Notes under the pieces: model-generated
Databases searched by the model: none
Seen by the model: only the letters and a program-made list of their open reading frames with translations
What the model was told of the DNA's origin: nothing
Shown: positions 9,594 through 20,560 of the stretch, piece after piece
Position numbering within the stretch: the stretch's first letter is position 1
Layout of the letters: each line of letters opens with the position of its first letter
Translations under genes and position numbers: made by a program
Assembly (NCBI GenBank): GCA_964057225.1
Contig: OZ059894.1
Location: 10,912,001-10,976,000, forward strand
Direction: 5' to 3'
From: Auanema rhodensis
Taxonomy: Eukaryota; Animalia; Nematoda
DNA: 64,000 nucleotides

Positions 9594-9607
9594 GTATGGT
9601 CGTAAGC
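9594..9607 (-). rRNA. 5S rRNA: 5S rRNA nt 1-14 (5' remnant of the split gene)
   Basis: GCTTACGACCATAC with the conserved 5S upstream flank. Confidence 0.9.
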
Positions 9608-9668
9608 AATGTCATATTCTTCATTATCAGTTATATCACTCTAAATCTTGTTGTTAATAGATACGACC

Positions 9669-10133
9669 TGTTACATACATATCTCAAAGGAAAGCAGCTG
9701 ACCATGGCAGCTGCTATTATTAAACTAATGCAGATAGTTTTTAAGCAATTCTGAGAATATTCTAGATGCACTTTTTATAAGCTTTGTAATATTTTGTGTA
9801 AACTGAGTAGGAGTTGTATGGATATATAAACCTGAGTCCTCAAGACTCAGGCATCTCATCATCTCATCATCTCATCATCTCATCATCTCATCATCTCATC
9901 ATCTCATTATCTCATTATCTTACTTTCTCTTTATCTTCTTTATATTCGCTTTCTTAACTCTAGCTTTAATCTTTGTATAATTATATTATAATGCGAACAA
10001 TAAACCTTTATATATTTCATCTCTTGTTTCTTATTTCACCTTACATTACACACATATATTTAAAATCATACTCATCTTCTCATAGTCTGTTTGGATCTCT
10101 CAACTTGGAACCATTGAGAATCTAAATGGAACG
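9669..10133 (+). repeat. 5' LTR of gypsy 1 (contains an (ATCTCATC)6 tandem repeat)
   Basis: TGTTACA...TGGAACG; TATATAAA and AATAAA present. Confidence 0.95.
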
Positions 10134-10151
10134 TGGAGGTTCCGCCGAGAT
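10134..10151 (+). promoter_or_regulatory. Primer binding site, tRNA-Gln
   Basis: TGGAGGTTCCGCCGAGAT, one mismatch to the complement of the tRNA-Gln 3' end (ATCTCGGTGGAACCTCCA). Confidence 0.85.
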
Positions 10152-11378
10152 CCTTCCTTTTGGACAGGATCTCGTAAAGGAACTCAAGCGCTACTGTCTA
10201 CAACTCTTATTCAATTAAAAATCTTATCTCTCTCTTAAAGTTAGCTTATAATATTTTCTTAAAAACTCTAAAACTTTTCTATTAAAAATTATATCCAAAA
10301 ACCCTTTACAAAAACTCAGTTTTCTATTCATTATATTCTCATAAATCATTTTCAGTTATTCAGAAGAGTACCTATATCATTCTCTCTATCCAAAATCCTA
10401 TATACGAAAATTATTCAAATTCAATAATTAACTTTTCTAAGAATTATAAGTTTATTTTCACATTTTTTGAACAAAAATAGTTAAGTTCTTTATAAAATTA
10501 ATTTAGAATTAAGAAATAAAAAGGAATATTGCTTCTATACCTCTCAATCTTAATCATCTTATCATATTATCTCAATCTTCATCTTATCATACTATTTTAA
10601 TCATCCTATCATACCATATTTTTATTATTTTCTTTATGTTTGTTTATAAAACAATTATTCTTATACTACTACACTGTATTCTCATAAACCCACCCCTTCC
10701 CCCCCCCGTAATTTCATAAGCAAGAAATCCCGTGTTAAACACGACAGTAAAAATATTTATTAGGCGCAGCGTACCCAAATTCCGATTACCTTAGCACCTG
10801 AAAAAACGAAAAATAATTAAATTAATCAATAAGTTTTAACTCATACGCAAAAACCATCCCCCCCTCGTTAAGAATAATGCCAGACACTCAAGAGACTCGA
10901 GCGGAGGCCGACACTCAGGATAAGACGTACGCCCCATGAAATAATTAGAGAATTTTTGAATTGAAATCTGCCCCACATTGATATAAATAATAAGAGTGGT
11001 CTCGCCATCATAAAGTCAGGGAGCAGGATGCAGAAGGCAGCTGACATACCTGTGACTCAGATAGGTTAATGAGGTCTGGGAAAATGAAATGATTGCGAAA
11101 ATTCTATTTTTGTATCCTTGTCCCAAAAGACTGGCGAACTATTAACTTTTATTTCATGCCTTTTTCACAATATAGAACTTATCCCTTCGAAAAGGCACAC
11201 TAGTTTCAAACCTGTGTTAGACCCGGACGAGCTATATTGGTAAAGAGATTACTTGCAAGACTAGCTACCTTCATAAGAATCGCGCACACAAACCCAACAT
11301 TATTCTTTACGTTTTTCTATATATATAAACATTTTGGCACACGTTGGATATAACATATTTCCTTACAGGATACCAACG

Positions 11379-12915
11379 ATGCTGCCCAATACTGGTTCAA
11401 AACCTCCGCTGGACCCTGCTGCCACTTCAAATATTATAAGAAGAAAAAGGCAACCGCCCGCAACATATTCTCCCCCCTCTGCAAAACAAGCGAAGTTAAG
11501 CATTAAAACAAAGTCAATGGTAATACATACCCCAAGACATCGCGGCATCCAAAAACAATTCACCAATCCCAAATCACATGAAAAAACGAAGAAACAAAAA
11601 ACAGACATAGTCGAAAGAAACACCTTAGAAAAGAAAATTATCCCAAGCATTAAACCTATTCCTAAAAACATAGCAAGCAAAGGGAACCCTCAAAACCCCC
11701 CAACCAACACCATACCAAAAACAATCAACCCAATCAATCCTTTAATAGCCACCCCTAGAAGAAGCAATACACCAACCACACAAAAATCCCCTACGCCCGC
11801 ACTTTCTTCAACCACACCCGCAGTAAGCTCATCCCCACCTCTACGAAACTCACCTTCATCCATTGATCATTCTACATCTGGGCATTCTCTATCTCCGTCG
11901 CTTCCATCGCAAACTAATCAAGCAAATACTTTTGTTGCAGAAAACAAGAGAATTAACCCAAGAATGGACCCAAGAATGGACCCAATGGACAAAGGCGCAC
12001 CACGCGTACAGAAAACTCACAACCGAAGATAAGCGACTTGGATGGGACCATGTCAAGAAGCGACTCTCAGAAATGATCACACCGAAAAAACAGAGAGAAC
12101 GAGCAATGCACCGCCTACATGGCTTGAAACAGTTACCAACGGAATCGGTACAAAGCTTTGCAACAAGATGTTCTAACGAAGCCTACTCGGCTATGGACAT
12201 GAACAACGAAAGTGAGCTTAACATGCTCCGATCCACCTTCACCTGGGGACTAAGACCCGAAATAAGCGAACACGTTAGCCGTCTAGATCCACCAAACTTT
12301 GAGGAAGCTTACGAAATGGCCTTACGAGAAGAACTCTTTATACAAAATAGACCAACATCGTTTGTCAACAATATAGAGAAGTCGTTCAACAACCTCAACA
12401 TTCGAGACTCAAAGGACAACAATCAATACCAGAGAAACGAATCTAAGGATTTCAAAGGAACCAAACCGATGTATAATGGCAATGGCAAACCACACAACCG
12501 ATATCCGGACAGATACAACAACCAATATCGGTCTCATCAATACCAATACAGGAACCATAACTCACGATTCTCTCAAAATAAGGGATCAAGACAAAACTAC
12601 TTCGACAGATCACGGAACAGAAGCCAGGAAGACCATACTATCGAAACCGCGACCAAAACTATACCGGACACAACAACCGGCGACAATCAAATAATCACGA
12701 ACAATACCCCTCTCAATACAATCGAAGCCAATACAACAATTATAGAAGTCGCCCGCGCAGCACCTCCAATGGACCGGAACGGTATAGAGAACGCACACAG
12801 AGCCCAGGAGTACGTTTTCAAGTCAACAACGTCACGGAAAACGAAGTACCGAACAACAAAAGAAAATCAACACCATTCCTACCCCTCTTTATCACAATTA
12901 TCGCACTCATTATAA
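11379..12915 (+). pseudogene. Gypsy 1 gag, broken by a deletion/frameshift near 12000 and a frameshift near 12630
   Basis: LHGLKQLPTESVQSF capsid major-homology-like motif; homologous to 37217-40156 but lacks ~55 aa present there. Confidence 0.8.
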
Positions 12916-15496
12916 ACACATGCAGTGCAGAAACAACGTACCAGTTATGCACAGGAAACAGAGGAGGAATATATGTCGAGCCGCCATCTCCAACAGCTTG
13001 CCGATCCATCGCACCAACTAATAACCATATCCAGAAGACTACAGCAGAATTGTTCATCCAAAACCTACAACCAAAAGAATGGGAAGCATGGAAATGTGCA
13101 ATTGAAACTTACCAACTCTGCATTCACGACGTTTTCTTCATCAGAGAAACTAATGTCTCACTAGCAAAAGTTTCACCAACAACACTGCAAGAATGTTCGT
13201 CAGCTATTAAAGAAAGAATATTCAACGGTACCAACCTTCAAAGAGAAGCACCAGGACTCTATGGAACTCCATTCCCAGAGACAACCATTACTAATGGTAT
13301 ATGGAAACAGGAATGCGAACAACGTACCAGATTCATAGCTGAACGAGGACACATGACCAGCCTACAAGACAATACAGTACTCTCAGAGATATTCATAAAC
13401 GACAACGGATGCACCAGTGACAAAGGACAATGCCTAACCAACAACGCTCTCATCATATGGACCCCACCATCAGAAAAACATAGTTGCTCGTACACTTCAT
13501 TAGGCTCTCACGAAGTTTTTATATCAGAAGACACTATATTGATTCCCGGAATTCAAAGTGCTTTCATTCTAAACAATAAAACACCGGAAAAAGAAGCCTC
13601 CTCATGCTTACAAAAAGATATATTTACTACAAATAGTGGAACTCTAATCTCCTTCAACTCAACCTCAAGCTTAGGACGATCAAGAAGACACGCAATCACA
13701 GAATACCCTAAAGGATTCTTGACAGTTCATCAATACCCATCGCTAAGATATTCAGCCAGCAAAACCGGAACTATTCTACTATATACAACCTATATTCAAC
13801 GGAAAAGACTTGACATCCATTACAATCTCAATAACATAACAAATATACTGCCTAAGTATATCGCAATCTTCAAATACCTAGGTATAAATTTTGATGTTAT
13901 CAAAAATCGTCTTATATGGCACAAATATGAAGACGTCAACATAGCCATTCTACACGCCCTAGGAGAAGCAGAAATAAGAGAAGCAACAAAAATCGCGATC
14001 GATAATCTATCGTATAAGGAACTTACGCATAAACTTAGCAAACGGATCACAATTAAGGATTTTAAGAAGATACTACCAACCAAAACAGGAGACTACTATG
14101 AAATCGCGAAAGAAATCGCTTACTCACTTGCGGAAATACCTACTACGTTAGCTACAGGAGAAACAACACCATCTTTAGAAGAATACTTATATCAACTCAT
14201 GCCACCAAGAAAACCAAGACTCACCAAGACACGAAACGATTTAGAACTGTACGAACAACTAGCACAAGCAAAAATTATCCTGAGCGCAATAAATAATCCG
14301 AAGAAGCTACATTCAAAAGAAGAATACGAAGCAGAAATGAAGAAATGGATCAAATATGAAAAAGAACTGAACTTACCACCATTACAACTGCCAAACTATA
14401 CAGTTATCTTTGATGGCGACGATATATTCTACGGCTTCCGGAAAAGAAATCCTACAAATTATAGCATTACACAAGAGGATAGTGAAAAATTTTATAATCA
14501 TTATCTACCCCTTATCAGTACTCCCGGAACACGACCTTTTGCAACCACAATTAGAAGCACTTCGACCCCCCTACAAACTACTACTACAACCACTACCACG
14601 ACCCCTAAGCCTACAACCATAAGGAACGTCATCACTTCGACAATCACACCCAAAACACATATATCCACAACAACTAGACCCAAACCAACAATACCCACGT
14701 CTTCATCAACTACTACTACTACTACCACTACTACTACTACTACTTCTACTACTGCTAGACCCAGATCAACAACAACCACAACACCTACAACAACCACAAC
14801 TATATTCACCACTCATCGACCAACACAATCATTCTCCACCCCCCAATCTACATTCAATATTACTACAAACCCAATCACAATCACCTCAAGCCAGGAATAC
14901 AATAGGAAAGAATCACTCACCAAGTCACCGCCTCCAAGAACTACAAAAAGATCTATCACTACCACTCGCAGCACACCTGAAGAAATATCATCACATATTG
15001 GTAAGAAATCCCACGTAGACTACCTTAAAGCTAAGAACGATATCGTCCAAAAATGGAATGAACATCTTCATCAACAAGAAACGCAATCTCATCTACAATA
15101 TGCCACTACCAATCTGGAAGATGATATCATACGTACACAACAAACAGAAACAACATCTGCCACGTACAAAATAAACAACTACTTACCTGGTGGGCTATTC
15201 TTCAAATAAATCCTACTATAGGGATGCGTACAATGCTACGACGACAGGATATATCTGCAAGATTCATAAATGATAAACTAATTTATGTAATGCCATGCAC
15301 ACCAATTCAAATTACAAAAACATACCGCGATCACAAAGTCAACAGCACGTGTTTTCTGGAAACCCCAGTCGAAACGGAACATCACGGCCAACTGTTCATC
15401 CTACCAGGTACAAGAGACCTCACACCGATGGCACATGCCATACCATGCGGACTCACAATCAAGGATCCCTGGAAAAAAAAACGATCAATGGACTAA
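12640..15496 (+). pseudogene. Gypsy 1 envelope ectodomain (class III, herpes gB-like) with furin site and Thr-rich mucin-like insert; frameshifts near 15150 and 15475
   Basis: Signal peptide PFLPLFITIIALIINTCSA, Cys pattern, GRSRR, poly-Thr tract, INPTIGMRTMLRRQDISARF..YVMPCTP..CFLETPV. Confidence 0.75.
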
Positions 15497-18400
15497 TAAT
15501 AACCAATCAATAAATGTAACATCACCAGCATACATCGACGAGTTAGGATCAATCAACCTAGAACATATCAAGTTTAATGGAAGCAACATTTTCAACAACC
15601 TAACAGAATCAACGTTTCCTATGGCACTAGCAATATCATATGGATCCAGCTTAGCAACGCTACAGGCTACTTTACCAGGAAGAATAAAACCTGTAATCAA
15701 ACAAAGATTAATTCCTAACATGAACCCTGTTACCCTAACAGCAGGAGCAGCCAGCAGCTTACTACTCAGTTACGAACATGCAAAAGAAGCTATAACTTGG
15801 AAAATGTTTGACTTTCTGTCACCAATATGGGAAAAGATTCAAACCTGGACACTACGCGTACTTGCTATCATTGGATCAATCATCATAACAATTGGCATAA
15901 TCACACTCGCCACCTGGATAATAAAAATATACGCATGTAGTTCAAGGATACCCATCAACAATGTCAAATGGGAAGCAGAATACTTACAACCACTATCAAC
16001 TGAGAACACAAGAACAGAAACATCTCATCCTTCTCCGTCCGCTCCATACGTCGACAACCATCACAACAGCTGTCAACTCACATTGTATGATCCTTCAGCA
16101 CCAATTCCTGAACACATTTATGAAGCTTATTTCCCTACAAGCATGAAGAAAGAAAACATAAACTACATAGGAGGATCACAATTACCGTTTGTCCCGATTT
16201 CAATCCACAATCACATCTTTAAGGCACTATGGGACACGGGAGCATCAGCATCATACATGCGTGAATCCACCTTCAAACAACTGCCCGCTGCAACGATGGT
16301 ACTAAAACAAACAACAGCGATAGTCGCGAATAAATCTAAATTCTCATTTATGGGATACACAAGGATCCTCATAACAATAGGAACAACAGAAACAGAACAC
16401 AAATTTTATGTAGCAGAAGATAACTACTGTCCAGCACCAGTGTTACTTGGAATAGACTTCATGGAAGCATTACATCAACAAGGAATTCACACCTCACTTC
16501 CGCTGGATAAAACAATTGTTATCGGCACAACACATGTTCCACTAGCACGAGAAACATCTCCGTGGGAACACCAGACCACGAAAGCATATGTGGTTAGCTT
16601 AGAAAACAAAACGCTAAGACCAGGAGAAACAAGAACGCTCACGCTAGAAGTACACGATCCAGAAAGCTATGAACAGGCGTTTCTAGATTGTAAGAAACCA
16701 GGCAACAAACTCTCTTTCACGCCTACTATATTTACGCCAACTGGATACGGAGTACAAATTTACGCGACGAATATATGCAAACAGCCACTCGAAATTCAAA
16801 TGAATCAAGAAATAGGGATAGCAGAAGCGATACCAAAGGACAACCAAGAAAAATACAAAGGACAATACATACCTCCGGAAGCTCGATGGGAAGAACAACT
16901 GCCATATTTCCCAGACAATTTCATCAATGAGCTTAACCTTTCAGAAGCCTGCTTCTCACAAATCGAACAACAGCAACTGAAAGAAATAATTTTACTACAT
17001 AAACAAGCGTTTCTCAACGAAGATAGAAATATCGGACTCTTCCTAGGACCAATTGAACACTCCATTCCAATCATGCCAGGAAAAACACCATCATTCAAAA
17101 TTACTTATCGTATACCACTCTCCCAACAAGAAGAAGTGGAGAAACAAATAGAAGAAATGCTACAACAAAGAATCATTGAACCATCAAACTCAATGACAAC
17201 TAGTCCAGTAATTTTGGTGAAGAAGAAAGACAAAACTTATAGATTTGTAACGGACTTTCGAGCTCTGAATGCAATCACTCAGAAACAAGTATATGTCATA
17301 TCAAACATACAGGACATCCTAGATTTGGCCGCTGGAGCAAGGATCTTCAGCAACTTTGATTTAGTATCTGGATTTTTCCAAATACCTCTTAAGAAAGAAG
17401 ATCGTCATCTTACAGCTTTCACAACAACAAGTGGAACTTATCAATATTGTCGAATGCCGATGGGATTATGTGGATCACCCCATACTTTTCAAAACGCAGT
17501 ACGATACCTGCAATCAATGGTTAAATGCAAGCTATTCGTATATCTAGATGATTTACTGTTAATCTCTGAATCTACGACAGCACATTTAAAAGATATTGAA
17601 GAAGTTTTGGAAGCAGTAACTCAAATAGGATTCAAAATAAAACTGAAGAAATGCGCATTCGCAAGAAAGGAAGTAAAATTTCTAGGATACATAGTTGGAC
17701 AAGAAGGAATTAAACCGGACCCACATAAAATTAAGGCAATACAAGATTATCCCCAACCAAAATCAACAACAGGAGTAAGAGCTTTCATGGGAGTAGTAAA
17801 CTACTTCAGAAGGTTCATAAAGAACGCTGCAGGAATAGCAACACCACTCTACAACCTCACTCGGAAAGACACTCCGTTCAAATGGACAGAAGAAGAAGAA
17901 ATTGCTTTTAATACTTTGAAGAAAACATTGACTCAAGCACCTGTGTTACAAGCACCAATCCCGAAGCGACCATATGTTATTGAAAGTGATGGAAGTATGA
18001 TAGCAGTTGGCGCTGTGCTACTTCAAGCGAAAGACGATCAAGAACCATTACATCCAATAGCTTTTGCTAGTCGGAAACTCAACAAAGCTGAAAGGAATTA
18101 TCCACCAATAGAAGTAGAAGCATTGGCTCTTACATTCGCCGTCAAACAATTTCGCACCTACATACTAGGAACAGCAACCAAAATTATCACGGATCATAGA
18201 CCACTTACTAGTTTAATGACTAGAAAAGATTTAATAGGTCGTTTAGCAAAATTTCAAATTGTTTTACAAGAATACGATATTGAAATTATCTACAGACCAG
18301 GAAAATTAAATAGTGTATGTGACGCATTATCACGATACTTTGAAGATGAAATCAACGAAGCAAAGCCACCAGCAAAGAAGAAAAACGAAAGAAAAACGAC

Positions 18401-20360
18401 GGAAGATACTATTCATCAGATAAACACCTTCACGATAGCAGATATTCGATCAGTTCAGAATCAATCAAATTGGATAAAAGAAACTATGGATAAAATAAAG
18501 AACAATACAGCTGGACGACAACTGACGGACAGATATATTGTGTACAACGATGTACTATACTCAAAACCAAAAAGAAGCCTACAAGTACCACGAACAATTT
18601 TACCACGAGAAGAGCACATAATTAATCCAATTATGAAGAAATTTCATGAAGATCCGACACTCGGAGCTCATCTAGGAATAAACAAAACAATGGACTCAAT
18701 ATCAAGACGATTTACATGGACTGGAATGCAAGAAGACATTACAAACTACATCAACAGATGTCTTGCTTGTGCAAAAAGAAAGAACAATCCTCACGAAGCA
18801 ACGGTGGAACCAATGAAAAATTTTCCAACATCAACAAAACCATGGCAAAGAGTACACATGGATATACTCGGACCATTACCTAGGACAGAACAAGAAAACA
18901 GATATGTTCTTTCAATTCAAGATTCTTTTTCAAAATGGATTATCGCAATTCCGCTAATCAGACAAACATCAGGAGAAATTATATCAGCTATCGAAAAATA
19001 TCTCTTCTATGTTTTTGGACCACCTGTTACTATCATCACAGACAATGGATCTAATTTTATTTCAAACGATTTCACTACTATGTGCAGTAATTTTGGAACT
19101 ACACACCACACTACTATGCCGTATTACAAAAACGCTAACGGACAAGTAGAAAGATTGCATCGGACGATCGAAGAAGCATTAACAGCCTACGTTAATGACG
19201 AACAAAACGATTGGGATAAAATACTTCCGAAGATTATTTTTACACTCAACAGATTACCAAACGCCACCACTAAAACATCACCATACGAATGTTTGTTTGG
19301 ACAAGTAGCACGTCTAGCCATTGACAAAAACTTGGAAACACCGGAAGAACAAAATATCACGGATCAGCTCAAAAACTTAAGAGATATTCAAGAAAAAGTC
19401 AAGGAAAAGATTGCCACCAACGAAGAAAGAATGAAGCAGAAATACGATCAAGCACATAGGACAAAAGAAAGAATATTAGATATAGGAGATCGAGTATTTG
19501 TACAAAGAGCGAACCCAAACAACAAATTACAAATACGAAGAGATGGACCTTACCGGATAGTGACAATTGAAGGAAACAACATCAGCATAACGGATCAAGA
19601 TGGAAATATTATAAAAGCTCACAAAAATAACATACGTTATTTTCCACCAGACGATAATCTTATATCAACAAGAAATAATGAAGAAGAGGAAGAAGAAGAC
19701 CAAGACATAGCAAACGAAGAAGAAGAAGAAGAAGAAGAAGCAAGTTGGAATAATCTGGATGAATGGGAACAAACCAATAATACGGAAAATAACAACAACT
19801 GTTACCCAACAGGCAGTCCAGATACTCTCGCGCAACTGTTACCTATCACAGGGAATAACAGAGGAGTAAACGAAGAAGAAATTGAACATAATTCAGAAAC
19901 ACCTGACGACCTTACTACAGCAAGAAGAATAACAAATTCTAATATACATTTAGAAGATGAATCAACAACAATCGACAGAATTCAAGAGGACCTCAGACAG
20001 CTGACACCTTTCTCTCAAGAAGAAGGTTCTAATCAAAACGATATAGAAGATAATAACGCAAAAACATACGAAAAGCTACGAGATCAATTCAAGAATGAAA
20101 ACAGAAAGGAGCTATTTGAGGACAGAAACAAAAACTCACCAACAATCAAAAATTGGAACACTACACTTGCCGCAGCACTAGGAATAGGAAATGAAAACTC
20201 ACGCCCGTATCATGTTAAACTACAACCCAAAAGAAAAACACAAGACGAAGAAATCAGAAATAATGGAGAATTGGAACTACATGGAAAAGCGGATCAAAGC
20301 AAAAAGCAGCAGAATATATCTCCAACGCAAAACAAAGGAGAACAAGTACGAAACTTTTAA
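15435..20360 (+). CDS. Gypsy 1 Env C-terminus/TM fused to protease-RT-RNase H-integrase
   Basis: TM VLAIIGSIIITIGIITLATWII, LWDTGAS, MPMGL, YLDD, ESDGS, ITDHRPL, HHCC, HMDILGP, TDNG, NGQVER. Confidence 0.95.
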   Translation: MPYHADSQSRIPGKKNDQWTNNNQSINVTSPAYIDELGSINLEHIKFNGSNIFNNLTESTFPMALAISYGSSLATLQATLPGRIKPVIKQRLIPNMNPVTLTAGAASSLLLSYEHAKEAITWKMFDFLSPIWEKIQTWTLRVLAIIGSIIITIGIITLATWIIKIYACSSRIPINNVKWEAEYLQPLSTENTRTETSHPSPSAPYVDNHHNSCQLTLYDPSAPIPEHIYEAYFPTSMKKENINYIGGSQLPFVPISIHNHIFKALWDTGASASYMRESTFKQLPAATMVLKQTTAIVANKSKFSFMGYTRILITIGTTETEHKFYVAEDNYCPAPVLLGIDFMEALHQQGIHTSLPLDKTIVIGTTHVPLARETSPWEHQTTKAYVVSLENKTLRPGETRTLTLEVHDPESYEQAFLDCKKPGNKLSFTPTIFTPTGYGVQIYATNICKQPLEIQMNQEIGIAEAIPKDNQEKYKGQYIPPEARWEEQLPYFPDNFINELNLSEACFSQIEQQQLKEIILLHKQAFLNEDRNIGLFLGPIEHSIPIMPGKTPSFKITYRIPLSQQEEVEKQIEEMLQQRIIEPSNSMTTSPVILVKKKDKTYRFVTDFRALNAITQKQVYVISNIQDILDLAAGARIFSNFDLVSGFFQIPLKKEDRHLTAFTTTSGTYQYCRMPMGLCGSPHTFQNAVRYLQSMVKCKLFVYLDDLLLISESTTAHLKDIEEVLEAVTQIGFKIKLKKCAFARKEVKFLGYIVGQEGIKPDPHKIKAIQDYPQPKSTTGVRAFMGVVNYFRRFIKNAAGIATPLYNLTRKDTPFKWTEEEEIAFNTLKKTLTQAPVLQAPIPKRPYVIESDGSMIAVGAVLLQAKDDQEPLHPIAFASRKLNKAERNYPPIEVEALALTFAVKQFRTYILGTATKIITDHRPLTSLMTRKDLIGRLAKFQIVLQEYDIEIIYRPGKLNSVCDALSRYFEDEINEAKPPAKKKNERKTTEDTIHQINTFTIADIRSVQNQSNWIKETMDKIKNNTAGRQLTDRYIVYNDVLYSKPKRSLQVPRTILPREEHIINPIMKKFHEDPTLGAHLGINKTMDSISRRFTWTGMQEDITNYINRCLACAKRKNNPHEATVEPMKNFPTSTKPWQRVHMDILGPLPRTEQENRYVLSIQDSFSKWIIAIPLIRQTSGEIISAIEKYLFYVFGPPVTIITDNGSNFISNDFTTMCSNFGTTHHTTMPYYKNANGQVERLHRTIEEALTAYVNDEQNDWDKILPKIIFTLNRLPNATTKTSPYECLFGQVARLAIDKNLETPEEQNITDQLKNLRDIQEKVKEKIATNEERMKQKYDQAHRTKERILDIGDRVFVQRANPNNKLQIRRDGPYRIVTIEGNNISITDQDGNIIKAHKNNIRYFPPDDNLISTRNNEEEEEEDQDIANEEEEEEEEASWNNLDEWEQTNNTENNNNCYPTGSPDTLAQLLPITGNNRGVNEEEIEHNSETPDDLTTARRITNSNIHLEDESTTIDRIQEDLRQLTPFSQEEGSNQNDIEDNNAKTYEKLRDQFKNENRKELFEDRNKNSPTIKNWNTTLAAALGIGNENSRPYHVKLQPKRKTQDEEIRNNGELELHGKADQSKKQQNISPTQNKGEQVRNF

Positions 20361-20560
20361 TTAACTAACAAAAATCGTAGAATTGTAAAAATAATTTTTC
20401 TTTCTTTCGTATAGTACATTAAACATAAGACATAGATCAAAAACCACCGAAATTCTAATTTCTATCCTTTAATTTTAACAAATTGTAACAATCACTGAAA
20501 AACAAACTATATAAAGAGAAAATTTTGATAGAGAAAAATTCAAAAACATTTTTACTCAAA

